From: a virus
Taxonomy: Duplodnaviria; Caudoviricetes
Virus record (IMG/VR): IMGVR_UViG_3300012038_000017
Coordinates: 1-57,461 of that record
Reading direction: 5' to 3' (one strand)
DNA: 57,461 bases
The notes under the pieces are model-generated. The model was not told where the DNA came from, did not search any database, and saw nothing but the letters and a program-made list of their open reading frames with translations. Both the position numbers and the translations under genes were made by a program. Positions within the stretch are counted from its first letter, which is position 1. Every line of letters begins with the position of its first letter. Positions 34,533 through 45,097 of the stretch are shown here, piece after piece.

Positions 34533-35915
34533 ATGCCACTTGCACTTGAGCCGGTAATCAAATTATCTGATCCAGATAATAAAAAGAGTGAGAAAACTCC
34601 TGCGCAGATTCTCGATCATATTGGTTGGGATTCTCGAATCTTTCACCATCAACATCCACTTGATTATCGTCAAATACGCTGCTATTCGAAAAACCCTACT
34701 GCGAAACTTGCAACGTGGGCAATTCTTTCGCAGATGATTCATACGCCGTGGGTGCCAAAGAATTACAGAGGTAAAGCGACAAAAGAGATGATGGACTATC
34801 TCGAACAGTCCCTCACTCCATTGCGAAATTTGTTCTTGATGCACGCAGTATTTAATACGCTTAATTATGGTTGGGGACCATTTGAAGTTGTTTGGAAACC
34901 AGAAGAAGGATATGTGTATATCCATGATTTTAAGGCACTACTCCACGATTTTACAGATATTCTTGTTTACGTTGATAGTGGTCAATTTGCTGGTTTTACT
35001 AATGAAACATTTGGATTTACGGAAGTAAACAATTCCGCGAATAAAGTTCTCGGAATGTATGCTCTTAATACGAACTTTGAATACGAAGGAACAGATTATT
35101 ATGGCGAATCGGTATATGAAACCATCGCGCCCGCCATTAATGCTTGGAACAATGTGGAGAAAGCAGCTTCGCGCTATGATTCTAAAATTGCCGGAGCGAC
35201 CTGGGTCATTTATTATCCTGTCGGCAAAACACCGTACAATGGAGTGCCAGAGGAAAATGATGTTATCGCTCGTAGATTGCTCACCACGCTTGAATCATCA
35301 GGATGTTTAGCAATACCTGACGAAATACAAGATTGGATGGATGATACACTTGATAGAGAAGTCAAAGGGAAATGGCGAGTAGAACTTATTACTGCAACAG
35401 GTGGTGGACAAGATATGTTCATCGACCGAGAAAAGTATCTCGACGTATTAATGATGCGAGGATTTGGATTCGCAGAACGATCTATTCTCGAAGGTAAGCA
35501 CGGAACGAAAGAAGATGCACAAGAACACGGAGATATTTCTCTCGCAATTGTTGATACTAGGCATCGCTTGCTCACTACTTGCCTTAATCTACAAACTATT
35601 CCTCATGCTCTCAGTATAAACTTTGGAAAGAAAATGGCGTATGAAGCGGGTATTGAACCTGCTCCGCTAGTTGATTCACAGTTTGCTCTTATTAAAGACA
35701 TCTACCGAGTTTTACTTCAGAATCCAAGAGTTGCTGAGGCTGAAGTTGAACGGATTAATATGGTAGATATGAAAGTAGAATTGGGAATACCGAATGATGG
35801 AAAGAAAACTGAATTACCTGAACCAGAGCCGACAGGTGGCGGACCTCCTTCATTAACTGCTACACCGAAAAAAGAACCTGGAAAGCCAACAGTGAAGGAG
35901 CAAAAGAATGCCTAA
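34533..35915 (+). CDS. portal protein (Mu gp29/DUF935-like)
   Basis: Follows TerL; LNYGWGPFEVVW, YYGES and AQEH segments. Confidence 0.85.
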   Translation: MPLALEPVIKLSDPDNKKSEKTPAQILDHIGWDSRIFHHQHPLDYRQIRCYSKNPTAKLATWAILSQMIHTPWVPKNYRGKATKEMMDYLEQSLTPLRNLFLMHAVFNTLNYGWGPFEVVWKPEEGYVYIHDFKALLHDFTDILVYVDSGQFAGFTNETFGFTEVNNSANKVLGMYALNTNFEYEGTDYYGESVYETIAPAINAWNNVEKAASRYDSKIAGATWVIYYPVGKTPYNGVPEENDVIARRLLTTLESSGCLAIPDEIQDWMDDTLDREVKGKWRVELITATGGGQDMFIDREKYLDVLMMRGFGFAERSILEGKHGTKEDAQEHGDISLAIVDTRHRLLTTCLNLQTIPHALSINFGKKMAYEAGIEPAPLVDSQFALIKDIYRVLLQNPRVAEAEVERINMVDMKVELGIPNDGKKTELPEPEPTGGGPPSLTATPKKEPGKPTVKEQKNA

Positions 35916-36492
35916 TTACACTTCACAAGAGAAGTTAAATATTGTGTTCGGAGAAACGAATGTTATTCGTTGGGCGAATCTCTCGAACACTAATAACATC
36001 AACAACAAAGAAATCAAGGATCGAATTGACTACTTCTGTTTGATCGCAACTTCTTATGTTAACGGTAGATTCCAACTCACGCGTTACACTGATGATATTC
36101 CTTTCGTTGTTGACCATGTACCCCACATGGTTGAATTTATCACAACTTTGCTTGGTGGTGCTCTCCTATTTGACGGTAGAGTTAATCGAGTAATGTCTGA
36201 GGATAAAGAGGTTAATAAGAGTCGTCGTGAGTTCGGAAAGTTAATGCGACAGATTCTTTGCGGTCAATTGAAATTAGAAGATCCTTTATCTGGTGAACTC
36301 CTTGGAACCTCCTGCTACCTTGCACCATCTGTTGCGTTAGCCCCCAGCAGCGGTGCAGGTAGCGGGAATGGTTGTTGTGCAGGTTGTAATTGTCCTTGTT
36401 GTCGTTGGTTGAGTTGTTTTACTACCTGCCATAACTCAAGTTGCTATTGTTACTCTTGCATCAATTCACGAGTTCTCATTTACGCAAATTAG
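35908..36492 (+). CDS. head-tail adaptor (Mu gp36/DUF1320-like) with Cys-rich tail
   Basis: YTSQEKL..FGE...ATSYVNG..RY..P pattern; 11 Cys in 30 residues near the C-terminus. Confidence 0.7.
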   Translation: MPNYTSQEKLNIVFGETNVIRWANLSNTNNINNKEIKDRIDYFCLIATSYVNGRFQLTRYTDDIPFVVDHVPHMVEFITTLLGGALLFDGRVNRVMSEDKEVNKSRREFGKLMRQILCGQLKLEDPLSGELLGTSCYLAPSVALAPSSGAGSGNGCCAGCNCPCCRWLSCFTTCHNSSCYCYSCINSRVLIYAN

Positions 36493-36503
36493 GGGATAAA
36501 CCA

Positions 36504-37676
36504 ATGCCATATACATGCAAAGCAGTTGGTGAGAAATACCATTTGACGAAACGTGGTTCCGATAAAGCATTCGGAACTCACGATTCGCAAGCTGATTGTA
36601 TGAAGCAGATGCGTGCGTTGTACGCGAATGAAACAACGCGACCTCAGAACATCACTTTCGACGGTATGATTTTGCAACCGTTTAATTTTGATGAAAAGGT
36701 TGCAAATGCTGGAAATGAGATCACTCTTGTAATTAATTCACAAGGCGGTGATTTTCTTGATTCAATTACGATGCACAATAAGATTCGCAACAGCGGTAAG
36801 AAAGTCACCGCTTATATAAATCCATTTGCGATTTCTGCCGCTGCTGTTCTTGCGTTGTCCGCAGATGAGATTTATATGGTTGAGAATGGAGTAATGAAGT
36901 TTCATGCTCCAATTGCTCGACAGGATGGGTATAAAGACGCTGCTGAATATGAAAAAGTTGCAGCAGGTTTGCGTGTAGCAGAAGATATGCTTGTCAAAAC
37001 AATGGCAAGCAAGATCAAGAAAACAGAAGAAGAATGTCGCGCTATTATGAACAGCGACGCTTATTATACTGCTGACCAAGCGTTAGCAGCAGGAATAATC
37101 GACGGGATTATTCCAATTTATCGTGACCCTGGTTCAATCTCAAATCTGGGTTTTCCTGCTCAGATTATGAACTTTCTTGAGGAGAAAAAAGATATGCCGC
37201 TCCAAGAACTTTGTGCAAAGTTTGGTGTTGCAGATGAAACAGCTTTGGAAACCTTGATTGCAAACTTGCAGAAGAATCAAGTCAAAGCGCCGCCGGTTGT
37301 CACACCTGCTCTTGTGAACATGGTGAAACAATCGCGCGAGAAAGATTTGGAGTATCTTGTTACTGACGGTATTTGCACGCCAGATACCGTCAATGCTTTG
37401 AAACTCGAATTCTTGAATGATGATTCGATGAAGTCGGATTGCATCAAAGATGATCCGAATTCGCAATTCAACAAGATCATCGGAGCAATCAAAAAGAATC
37501 CGAAGGTTTTGAACTTCAATCCGAAAACTGGTCGTCAAGAGCCGATTAATGATCCACCGGCTGATGATGAAGAATCGGAAGAAAATCTTGATCCGAAAAA
37601 GAATCCTCTTATTGCGAACATGATTGATCGCAAAAAGCAATGGGATGAGCAGAACAAATTAATGGGAGTTCAATAA
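36504..37676 (+). CDS. ClpP-type prohead protease fused to scaffold
   Basis: INSQGG, AISAAA, KFH, YTADQALAAGIID; start ATG 36504. Confidence 0.9.
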   Translation: MPYTCKAVGEKYHLTKRGSDKAFGTHDSQADCMKQMRALYANETTRPQNITFDGMILQPFNFDEKVANAGNEITLVINSQGGDFLDSITMHNKIRNSGKKVTAYINPFAISAAAVLALSADEIYMVENGVMKFHAPIARQDGYKDAAEYEKVAAGLRVAEDMLVKTMASKIKKTEEECRAIMNSDAYYTADQALAAGIIDGIIPIYRDPGSISNLGFPAQIMNFLEEKKDMPLQELCAKFGVADETALETLIANLQKNQVKAPPVVTPALVNMVKQSREKDLEYLVTDGICTPDTVNALKLEFLNDDSMKSDCIKDDPNSQFNKIIGAIKKNPKVLNFNPKTGRQEPINDPPADDEESEENLDPKKNPLIANMIDRKKQWDEQNKLMGVQ

Positions 37677-37749
37677 TAAGGAACTCTTTGGTTTTCCCTT
37701 TTTGACGTCTTTTCTCCGTAATCTCCGAAATTCAAAGGAAATAACTGAT

Positions 37750-38187
37750 ATGGCTACAGAACGCCTTTGCACTCCTGGCGATTTGGTTCCTTACTTGCTG
37801 AACCCGCACTTCAATACTGTTTCGGCTATTATCCGAAACCCAACTGCTGGTGTTCAGAGTTTGTATAACATTGTTGGTATGCCAGTTGTACTTGGCACCA
37901 ATGGTGCTGGTTACAATCTCATGGTTGCTGGTGGTGAAGCCAACGTACTTGGTTTAATTCTTTCAGGACCGCCGGGCGGTTCTGCTGAATCTGTTGCTGC
38001 TACAACAAATTCCAAGTTTCCGTATCAAGTTCTGAAACAAGGTCCAGTTGTCGTTAATCGCGACAAGATTTCACTTGTCGATATTGCTGGTGCAGCATTG
38101 AATGTTACTTCAATTGTAACTGCATTGTTGGCACTCAACAAGGATTTCGATTTCCGTACTGAACCTGTGAAAAAGACAACGCTGTAA
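37750..38187 (+). CDS. head decoration protein
   Basis: Lies between protease and capsid genes; lambda gpD-like size and Gly/Ala/Val composition. Confidence 0.7.
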   Translation: MATERLCTPGDLVPYLLNPHFNTVSAIIRNPTAGVQSLYNIVGMPVVLGTNGAGYNLMVAGGEANVLGLILSGPPGGSAESVAATTNSKFPYQVLKQGPVVVNRDKISLVDIAGAALNVTSIVTALLALNKDFDFRTEPVKKTTL

Positions 38188-38242
38188 TCATCCTCACGGG
38201 GCAATCTTCTCTCGCTACACATCTTAACCGGAGATAATTCAT

Positions 38243-39277
38243 ATGCCGATGTCAACAACGCTTGATATTTTCAACAACAACGCATTTTCTGCGTCGAGTT
38301 TGTCTGTCGCAATTCAAACCGGGCCTTATAAGCCTCGAATGATTGGTGAAATGGGTCTTTATTCTGAAGATCCAATTCGTACTACAACTGCGTGGATTGA
38401 AAAGCGACAAGGGAAATTAGCGCTAATTAAAACTAGCGCTCGTGGAACAATGGGAGATGTTCGATCCACATTGCCACGTTCCGCAGTTCCGTTTCAGATT
38501 CCTCACTATCCTTATCATCAGAACATTCTTGCTGATGATGTTCAAAATGTTCGTGCATTTGCTTCCAACGAACTTATGGAAGTTTCGGAGCATGTGAACG
38601 ATCAACTTGAAGGAATGAAAGACGATCACGAAGTTACGCAAGAATTCGGTCGTGTGAAAGGAATTCAAGGTATTGTCTATGACGCAGATAATACCACTGT
38701 CATTTACAACTTCTTTACTCAGTTTGGTTTGTCCCAAACTTCGGTGAATTGGTTGACAACTGACGTTTCTTTCGTGACGACAACGAATACTGTTATTCGT
38801 ACAATTTCCGATAAACTCGGAAGTCAATCGTTTAGCGGTATTGTTGCATTCTGTGGTGATAATTACTTTGATGCTGTCATTGGGCATCCAAGTGTTCGCG
38901 CGGCGTATGATCGTTGGAAGTTTGGTGAATTCTTCCGAACGAATAAACTTGGTCCGCAATTCTACAAAGCGGCAAGTTACAATGGTTTTGAATTTCAAGA
39001 CATCTATTTCATCAATTACCGTGGTCAAATTGGTGACGCGAAATTCATTGCAACGAACGAAGCGTATTACGTTCCGTTCGGAATTCCCAATCTGTTCATC
39101 GAAGTATTGGCACCTGCCGATATGATTCCTTTCATTAATAAGAAGGGAAAGCGTTGGTATGCAAGTAAAGAATTCCTTCCTCATCAGACTGGAATTCAAC
39201 TTTACACGCAACACAACATTCTTCCTGTTCCATCTCGACCTGATGTTGTTATTAAGAGCACTTGGGCTGCTGCTTAA
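38243..39277 (+). CDS. major capsid protein (Phage_cap_E-like)
   Basis: DIFNNNAFSASSL..P..IGEMGL..IPH..ADDVQNVRAF..N.LP..RP pattern. Confidence 0.92.
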   Translation: MPMSTTLDIFNNNAFSASSLSVAIQTGPYKPRMIGEMGLYSEDPIRTTTAWIEKRQGKLALIKTSARGTMGDVRSTLPRSAVPFQIPHYPYHQNILADDVQNVRAFASNELMEVSEHVNDQLEGMKDDHEVTQEFGRVKGIQGIVYDADNTTVIYNFFTQFGLSQTSVNWLTTDVSFVTTTNTVIRTISDKLGSQSFSGIVAFCGDNYFDAVIGHPSVRAAYDRWKFGEFFRTNKLGPQFYKAASYNGFEFQDIYFINYRGQIGDAKFIATNEAYYVPFGIPNLFIEVLAPADMIPFINKKGKRWYASKEFLPHQTGIQLYTQHNILPVPSRPDVVIKSTWAAA

Positions 39278-39310
39278 TTGTTTGTTTGCTTCCCTGGCGG
39301 GATGGTCGCG

Positions 39311-39351
39311 GGGGTGCAGGTTTCTCGCCTGTACCTGCACCCCTCTTTATT
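39311..39351 (+). terminator. intrinsic terminator after capsid gene
   Basis: GGGGTGCAGGT/ACCTGCACCCC followed by TCTTTATT. Confidence 0.7.
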
Positions 39352-39365
39352 AGCGAAATTTAAGT

Positions 39366-39866
39366 ATGGCAGGAGAAATATTTCTTCGGATTGATGTTAC
39401 TGCTGATGTGTCAGAGTTTATTAATATAATGCGATTTGCAGAAAAGAATCGTCCACTTCTTTTACGTACTGCTGCTGAACGATATTTAAGATGGATGACT
39501 AAAAGATTTGTTGCTTTTTCAGCAGGTGGTGGACATTGGCCAGAATTGAAAGAGACTACAATATTACGAAAGGAAGCTAGAGCAGAAGCAATTAATCCTT
39601 ATTGGATTTTACGTGAGTCTGATGATTTATTAAATAATTTATCAATTAAAGAAGATGATGACGGAATTTGGGTTGGATATCATGGCGATGAACCAGATCA
39701 TTCAATAAGTTCAGAATCAATGATATGGCTAGTTGAGCATCATGCCGTAGATAATAGAGATGCAGTTGCTCCACCTGATCGAGCGACAAAAAGACAAATG
39801 ACAGAAGATATTAGAAAAGAATTTAGAAAAGTAGTTAAAAGGATGAATAGAAAGGGTAAACAATGA
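39366..39866 (+). CDS. neck/virion morphogenesis protein (Mu gpG-like)
   Basis: F...GG.W..LK.TI.RK...IL....L pattern; position. Confidence 0.7.
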   Translation: MAGEIFLRIDVTADVSEFINIMRFAEKNRPLLLRTAAERYLRWMTKRFVAFSAGGGHWPELKETTILRKEARAEAINPYWILRESDDLLNNLSIKEDDDGIWVGYHGDEPDHSISSESMIWLVEHHAVDNRDAVAPPDRATKRQMTEDIRKEFRKVVKRMNRKGKQ

Positions 39867-40381
39867 AATTTTCAGAAGAACATCTTGATCCATTTTCAAT
39901 GGTGTATGATGCTCTATGGGTAATGATTGAACGTAATCAAAAATTAAAAGAGTACATTCCTCCTGGAAATCGTATTAAATATGGAAATGAGACACTTCCA
40001 AAGGAAGAAAATGTTGAATCTGATACGCCTGAATTAACACTACTTATCACTGGTGGAACGCATGAATTAATATCATCGTGTTCAACTACAAAATTTAGAA
40101 AATCATACGCATGGGCGCTTTCTACTGGCGATTTGGAAAACGCAAGGTTTCATTGGATGGAATTTGAATTGATGAGATGTTTAGTTGATTGGGAAACAAC
40201 ACTAGCACCATTAAAATGGAAAGATTGTCCATTTGTAGTGAATTTAATATTTACTGGTGCTGAAATTGGAACAATGATGCGAGAATTGAATAAAAATGTA
40301 GAAGGATGGGCAGCAATGCTTTCAATTGACGTTGAAATGGAATTTCAAACTCGTTTACTTCGTTTAGACCCATTACCTTAG
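39863..40381 (+). CDS. putative tail terminator
   Basis: Position between neck and tube genes; size. Confidence 0.55.
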   Translation: MKFSEEHLDPFSMVYDALWVMIERNQKLKEYIPPGNRIKYGNETLPKEENVESDTPELTLLITGGTHELISSCSTTKFRKSYAWALSTGDLENARFHWMEFELMRCLVDWETTLAPLKWKDCPFVVNLIFTGAEIGTMMRELNKNVEGWAAMLSIDVEMEFQTRLLRLDPLP

Positions 40382-40405
40382 CACTTTCCAAATAAGGACA
40401 TTAAT

Positions 40406-41314
40406 ATGGCAGTATGCTTAGCTCCTCCTCCAGTACGTTCTGGTCGTCATGGATTTGTGATGGAGTATACTGCTCCAGTTACAAATCAAAGAATGTCACG
40501 TATTCGTAATTGGACTTTGGATACAGTTACGAATCCATTGCTACGTGTTTATTCTGGAACAAGGTTTGGTACTCAGCGAGAAAGAGGAATTCCTGAATAT
40601 CAAGGAAGTTTTGCAGGTTGGGGATCAATTCCACCTTTGTTTGCTGGCGATAATTTTGTTTTCCTTGGGTATACTGCACCTGATAGTGGTCAACCATGCA
40701 CTACAGGTTGTGCGTACAGTGTTCCAGCAATTGTTTCTGAATTAACAATTAATTGGAGTTGGACACATGAAGAACGTCGATCAGATTGGGTGATTAATTT
40801 TATGAGTAGAGGTGCAGCTACCTTTATTCCTGATTTTGATGATCCATGTGATGATGCTTTGTACTGTCCAGATTTTCAATGTCTGTGTCCGTTGTTTTGG
40901 GATTGCTATGAAGTTGAATTTGATTTTTGCAACATTCATGCTGCAACACTCACATTCAATCCAAATCTTATTGAGTATTCAAATTGTTCAACGATTTGTC
41001 AGAAGCAACGAATTGCCGGAAATCTTGATTGGTCTTTAGATATTATGGATCACAATAATTGTAAGATTCCAATTATTGGTGATGACTATCATATTGTGAT
41101 TCCAACTGATGCTGCTGGAAAGACTTGGGATTTAAAATGGGGTCATCATTCTGGTGTCACCAATTATCTCGTCGATATCGAAAATGGTGCAGTAATTGGG
41201 AAAACAAGTCGCTTTGACATGCAAGCTATTAATTGTTGCGTTGATCCTGAACTTGGAGTAATTCTTGATCCAAACTTGAGACAAGTTTGGCCGTATCAAA
41301 TTGGTTCTTCTTAA
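40406..41314 (+). CDS. putative major tail tube protein, Cys-rich
   Basis: Precedes chaperones and tape measure; SGRHG..IRNWTL tube-like N-terminus; 14 Cys. Confidence 0.65.
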   Translation: MAVCLAPPPVRSGRHGFVMEYTAPVTNQRMSRIRNWTLDTVTNPLLRVYSGTRFGTQRERGIPEYQGSFAGWGSIPPLFAGDNFVFLGYTAPDSGQPCTTGCAYSVPAIVSELTINWSWTHEERRSDWVINFMSRGAATFIPDFDDPCDDALYCPDFQCLCPLFWDCYEVEFDFCNIHAATLTFNPNLIEYSNCSTICQKQRIAGNLDWSLDIMDHNNCKIPIIGDDYHIVIPTDAAGKTWDLKWGHHSGVTNYLVDIENGAVIGKTSRFDMQAINCCVDPELGVILDPNLRQVWPYQIGSS

Positions 41315-41344
41315 TTCTTTTGGTCTAGTTGGGGGTCTGCACAA

Positions 41345-41866
41345 ATGTCTGAGAAAAATGTTCCATCTCTTTCTGCAAACGATTCAAAACTTTTTGACGC
41401 TGCAATTGAATTTAAGGTAGGTGATGAAGTATTTTATGCTTCAATGCTTACTGATCGAGATTTTGGAGATTTAGATCAGTGGATTAAATCTAAGTATATT
41501 AACATGGCATATGAAGCTGCTGATCTTGCTGTTGAAGAAGCAAGTAATGATCGTGAGCGATCTTCTGCATTGAATCGAAGAAAGGAAATGATCGAAACTG
41601 CACTTCTTTCTGCAACTAGTATCGGATGGGGTAGTGATGAAGGTTGGAATTTTATGATGACGAGTGAAGGTATGATTCGGTTAGGATTTCAATTTTGTCG
41701 TAAACGTCATCCAACTTTGAAGTTTAAAGAGTTTGATAAAGAAGCGCGGAAAGATGTAGATAAGACTGTTGTTGAAATTGATAAGATTTACGGGCGATTT
41801 TACCCGAAAAGAGTAAAGGAAGAAAATACAGGAGGAACTCCTGATGGGAACTCGAAAAGTGGATAG
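41345..41866 (+). CDS. tail assembly chaperone
   Basis: Position between tube and tape measure. Confidence 0.65.
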   Translation: MSEKNVPSLSANDSKLFDAAIEFKVGDEVFYASMLTDRDFGDLDQWIKSKYINMAYEAADLAVEEASNDRERSSALNRRKEMIETALLSATSIGWGSDEGWNFMMTSEGMIRLGFQFCRKRHPTLKFKEFDKEARKDVDKTVVEIDKIYGRFYPKRVKEENTGGTPDGNSKSG

Positions 41867-42026
41867 CGAGGATATGTATTTGGTGCTTACCGAAAAAGGA
41901 CTTACTTTCGATGAAATTGCGGATATGAATCATCATCGGCAGTATGTCCTTTATCGTGGATCGAAAATTCAGAAGTTTTCTACAACTGAAGAATTTGAAG
42001 CTTGGCAAGCAAGTAGAAAGCTGTAA
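41844..42026 (+). CDS. tail assembly chaperone second ORF (gpT-like)
   Basis: GLTFDEIADM..Q pattern; overlaps the chaperone end in the +1 frame. Confidence 0.6.
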   Translation: MGTRKVDSEDMYLVLTEKGLTFDEIADMNHHRQYVLYRGSKIQKFSTTEEFEAWQASRKL

Positions 42027-42039
42027 TTAGGAAATACGA

Positions 42040-44211
42040 ATGGCAGCCGACGATAAAATCAGATGGCAAATTTCGATGGCTTTACCTCAAAATGAGGTAA
42101 AGCGCATCATGGGTGAAATGAAAAAGCAAGCTCATGCAGAGCTTACTAAGACTTTGCCATTACATTTTGCAGGAGCTAAAGCAGAAGGAAAGATACCGGG
42201 TAAGCCATCTGTTCAATTACAAAGAGTAGAAGAAATTGGAGGTAAGAAGTATTTATTTTCCCTTGAGACGTTTGCGAAAAAAGTTCCTCATAGAAGTAAA
42301 GAAACTGGAAAAGCTACTCTTGAGGATATAGATCGAGGATATCGTCTTTCTGTTAAGGAACTTCGTGAGACTACAAAAAAGGTGCTTAGTGAGGATGCAC
42401 AAAGAATTCGCGAATTAAAGCAGAAGATTAAATATCAAGAAAAAGATGTTCAAAAGGCAGAAATTGAAAAGTTCTTTACTGCTGGATTCAAGGATGTGAA
42501 TAATGAATTAAAATTTAGGCTTAATAAGATCAATAAGGAATTGAATGTTGAGAAACTTGCTGGTTTACGCGCAAAAATTGCTGGGATGACCGATCCTAGT
42601 GGTGTTACTAAAGTAATTAATAGGTTTGTAAAGAATAATGCAGACTTAGTGAAAGAAGCCGATGAGATTCGAGCAGAGGTTAAAAAGAGATTCTCATCGG
42701 AAAAACTCGCTGCAAGAAAGGAAGAATGGCAGTCGTTAAAAGTTGAAATGACAGGGAGGGATATTCCTGAACAAATTTCGATGGTTAAAGATTTTGCAGT
42801 TAAGCATAGGCAATTTAGGCCTGCGCGAGCAGCTTTAAGAAAGCTTAGGATTCAAGAAGCGAATGCGATTCAAACTGCTGATAATAAAGCATTAGCAGAA
42901 GCAAAAAAAGAATTTGCTAGTGTACGTTCGCACGCACAGTCACTTGATCCGATTAGTGGGATTAAATTTGTAAAAGATTATAAAAAAGAAGAAGGCGCTT
43001 TAATTGGTGATGCAAATCTTTTGCTGAAAAGATTAGGTCTTAAATTTAAAGCAGTAAGAGGTAGCTTAGCACAAAAGCAATTTGCTGCTACGAAGGTTGA
43101 TATCACTGGTAGAGAAATTAATGATGCAATTGATATAGTTCAAAAGCATATTGCTGATGGACTTGGAATGCCAGAACAAGCGAAAGCTTTATTGCGTAGT
43201 CTTGAAAAGACTAGAGCTACGAAAGGTAGAACGCAGCGTAAGGCTGATTTTAATTCTAGACTTCGTGATGTTCAGCTACTCAGCTCTAACGATCAGATAG
43301 ATGCGTATACCGAAATAATTAAAACTACTACAGGATGGATGAGGAGAGAAGCAATTCTAGCTAGACGACGAGCTAGAAGAAATATTCAGCAAAATGCAAA
43401 TAGAACTGCACAAGATCAGAAAAGAAATTTTGCTAATATTGCATTATCTGCTGCTGGTGCCGGTCTTGGATTACTTGGTCCGATGGGATTTCCATTATTG
43501 AATGTTGGTTTTGCTGCAATGTCCGGTGGTAAAATGGCTGCTGGAATAGTTGGGTTTACTACAGCACTTGGTGAAGCAATACGAATGCTGGACGGTTTTG
43601 CTCAACGAACAGAAGGTGCTGCAAGAACCTTAGGATTTGTGCCTAAATCGTTAAAGCTTATTGAATCTAGACAACAAGCAATAGAAGCTTTTGCTGGTTT
43701 TGGTGCATTGAATGTAAGAGAAATTGGATTACGCAGACGACAAGAAGATTTATCATCATCAGGACTTACTGGAGTTGGATTGAATGAAACATGGGGTGCG
43801 ATAAAAGAAGCTACATTTACACAAATACAAAAATTAGCGACTGGTCAAAGTAAACGATTTGGCCCACCTATGGGTGCCGATATTACTTTTGGGTTGCAAG
43901 GTTGGGTAGACGAGTTTATGGAGATGAAAGATGAAATAGAAGCAACAAGACTTCCAAAAATGGAATCAGCTTTAAAATCAGCAAGAGCACAAGTATTTGG
44001 AGGTTCTGTTGGTGTTGAATCTGACCCTTATGAAGTATGGAAAAGAATTCAATCTGCTGCATTTGATACGAGTAAGAATGAAGAATTAGAAATAGCAAGA
44101 ACTTCGTTGAAAACATTAGAAGAAATGGTTCAAATTGAAAGAGAAAGAGCAGCAAGAGAGAAGTCGGCAGAGGCATTACCTTGGTATCTGAAAATGTTAC
44201 CTTCTCTCTAA
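42040..44211 (+). CDS. tape measure protein
   Basis: 723-aa helical Lys/Ala-rich protein with a Gly/Ala hydrophobic segment, after the chaperones. Confidence 0.8.
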   Translation: MAADDKIRWQISMALPQNEVKRIMGEMKKQAHAELTKTLPLHFAGAKAEGKIPGKPSVQLQRVEEIGGKKYLFSLETFAKKVPHRSKETGKATLEDIDRGYRLSVKELRETTKKVLSEDAQRIRELKQKIKYQEKDVQKAEIEKFFTAGFKDVNNELKFRLNKINKELNVEKLAGLRAKIAGMTDPSGVTKVINRFVKNNADLVKEADEIRAEVKKRFSSEKLAARKEEWQSLKVEMTGRDIPEQISMVKDFAVKHRQFRPARAALRKLRIQEANAIQTADNKALAEAKKEFASVRSHAQSLDPISGIKFVKDYKKEEGALIGDANLLLKRLGLKFKAVRGSLAQKQFAATKVDITGREINDAIDIVQKHIADGLGMPEQAKALLRSLEKTRATKGRTQRKADFNSRLRDVQLLSSNDQIDAYTEIIKTTTGWMRREAILARRRARRNIQQNANRTAQDQKRNFANIALSAAGAGLGLLGPMGFPLLNVGFAAMSGGKMAAGIVGFTTALGEAIRMLDGFAQRTEGAARTLGFVPKSLKLIESRQQAIEAFAGFGALNVREIGLRRRQEDLSSSGLTGVGLNETWGAIKEATFTQIQKLATGQSKRFGPPMGADITFGLQGWVDEFMEMKDEIEATRLPKMESALKSARAQVFGGSVGVESDPYEVWKRIQSAAFDTSKNEELEIARTSLKTLEEMVQIERERAAREKSAEALPWYLKMLPSL

Positions 44212-44221
44212 AGGTTTAATT

Positions 44222-45097
44222 ATGGCAGAGATGCTTCCTAGAAGCGGTAAGTTTGGCTACTTTATTAAATATAATCTTGAGGACAGCACCATTAGCGTGC
44301 TACCAATAGGTAGTTGGGAATTAAATGTTACTAAAAATAGGACAATGTATAGAACAGCTAAATCATTCCCAAATTTTGTTAGATCAGGTATGCCAGTTAG
44401 TGAGACTTTAAGCATATATGGATTTAATTATTCACCTGCTTTTTCTACAGAAGGTTTAGTTGAAGGTCGTATTGGTTGGTTTGATTTAGTTACGAATAAA
44501 TTGCATTCTATTGGCGTTAAAGCCAGATTGCAGAAATTTCAGTATGTGCTTGATTATCGCGTAGGACAGCAATCACCACCATTTTCATGGACTGCCGATT
44601 TCGTAGATTTTACAGAAAATGATAGTAACGCCGAGTACGATAAATATTTTTTTGAAGAAGATGATTCAGCCGAATCATTAATTGAAAAATTTAAGCAAGA
44701 GTGCTTTGTTCGTCAATGTGATAAAACTATAGAAACAGATGACGTGCTCTACCATGATTTAATACTGCATCATGTTAAAAGAGCTGTATTAACATTTCAA
44801 AGAGAAATGTTAGACTTTATAGACACTAAGTCTTATCCAAGATTTGCGAATGGAGATGGAACAAGAGATTGGACTGCTGAATTAGAGATAGAAGGTGATT
44901 TTAATTATTGGTATGATAAAATCAATTATGAAGGTACTATGCGGAAGTCTAACTTATATAGATTCCATTTTGGACCCGATCCACTTATAGTAATTGAGCC
45001 TCCAAAGATGCACGTTCTTGGACTAAGCAATTTACTTACGAATATTGAAACTGCTGAAATAGTTTCCGCTACTGTTTCCTTAGGAGCCGCACAATAA
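44222..45097 (+). CDS. distal tail protein, paralog of the tube protein
   Basis: RSGKFG, AVLTF, DWTAEL and LTNIETAEIV align with RSGRHG, ATLTF, DWSLDI and LVDIENGAVI. Confidence 0.6.
   Translation: MAEMLPRSGKFGYFIKYNLEDSTISVLPIGSWELNVTKNRTMYRTAKSFPNFVRSGMPVSETLSIYGFNYSPAFSTEGLVEGRIGWFDLVTNKLHSIGVKARLQKFQYVLDYRVGQQSPPFSWTADFVDFTENDSNAEYDKYFFEEDDSAESLIEKFKQECFVRQCDKTIETDDVLYHDLILHHVKRAVLTFQREMLDFIDTKSYPRFANGDGTRDWTAELEIEGDFNYWYDKINYEGTMRKSNLYRFHFGPDPLIVIEPPKMHVLGLSNLLTNIETAEIVSATVSLGAAQ

Noticed and set aside
38423-39340. 305-aa antisense ORF over the capsid gene, and similar shadow ORFs
   Set aside because: Explained by codon bias of the sense gene; no RBS or motifs.
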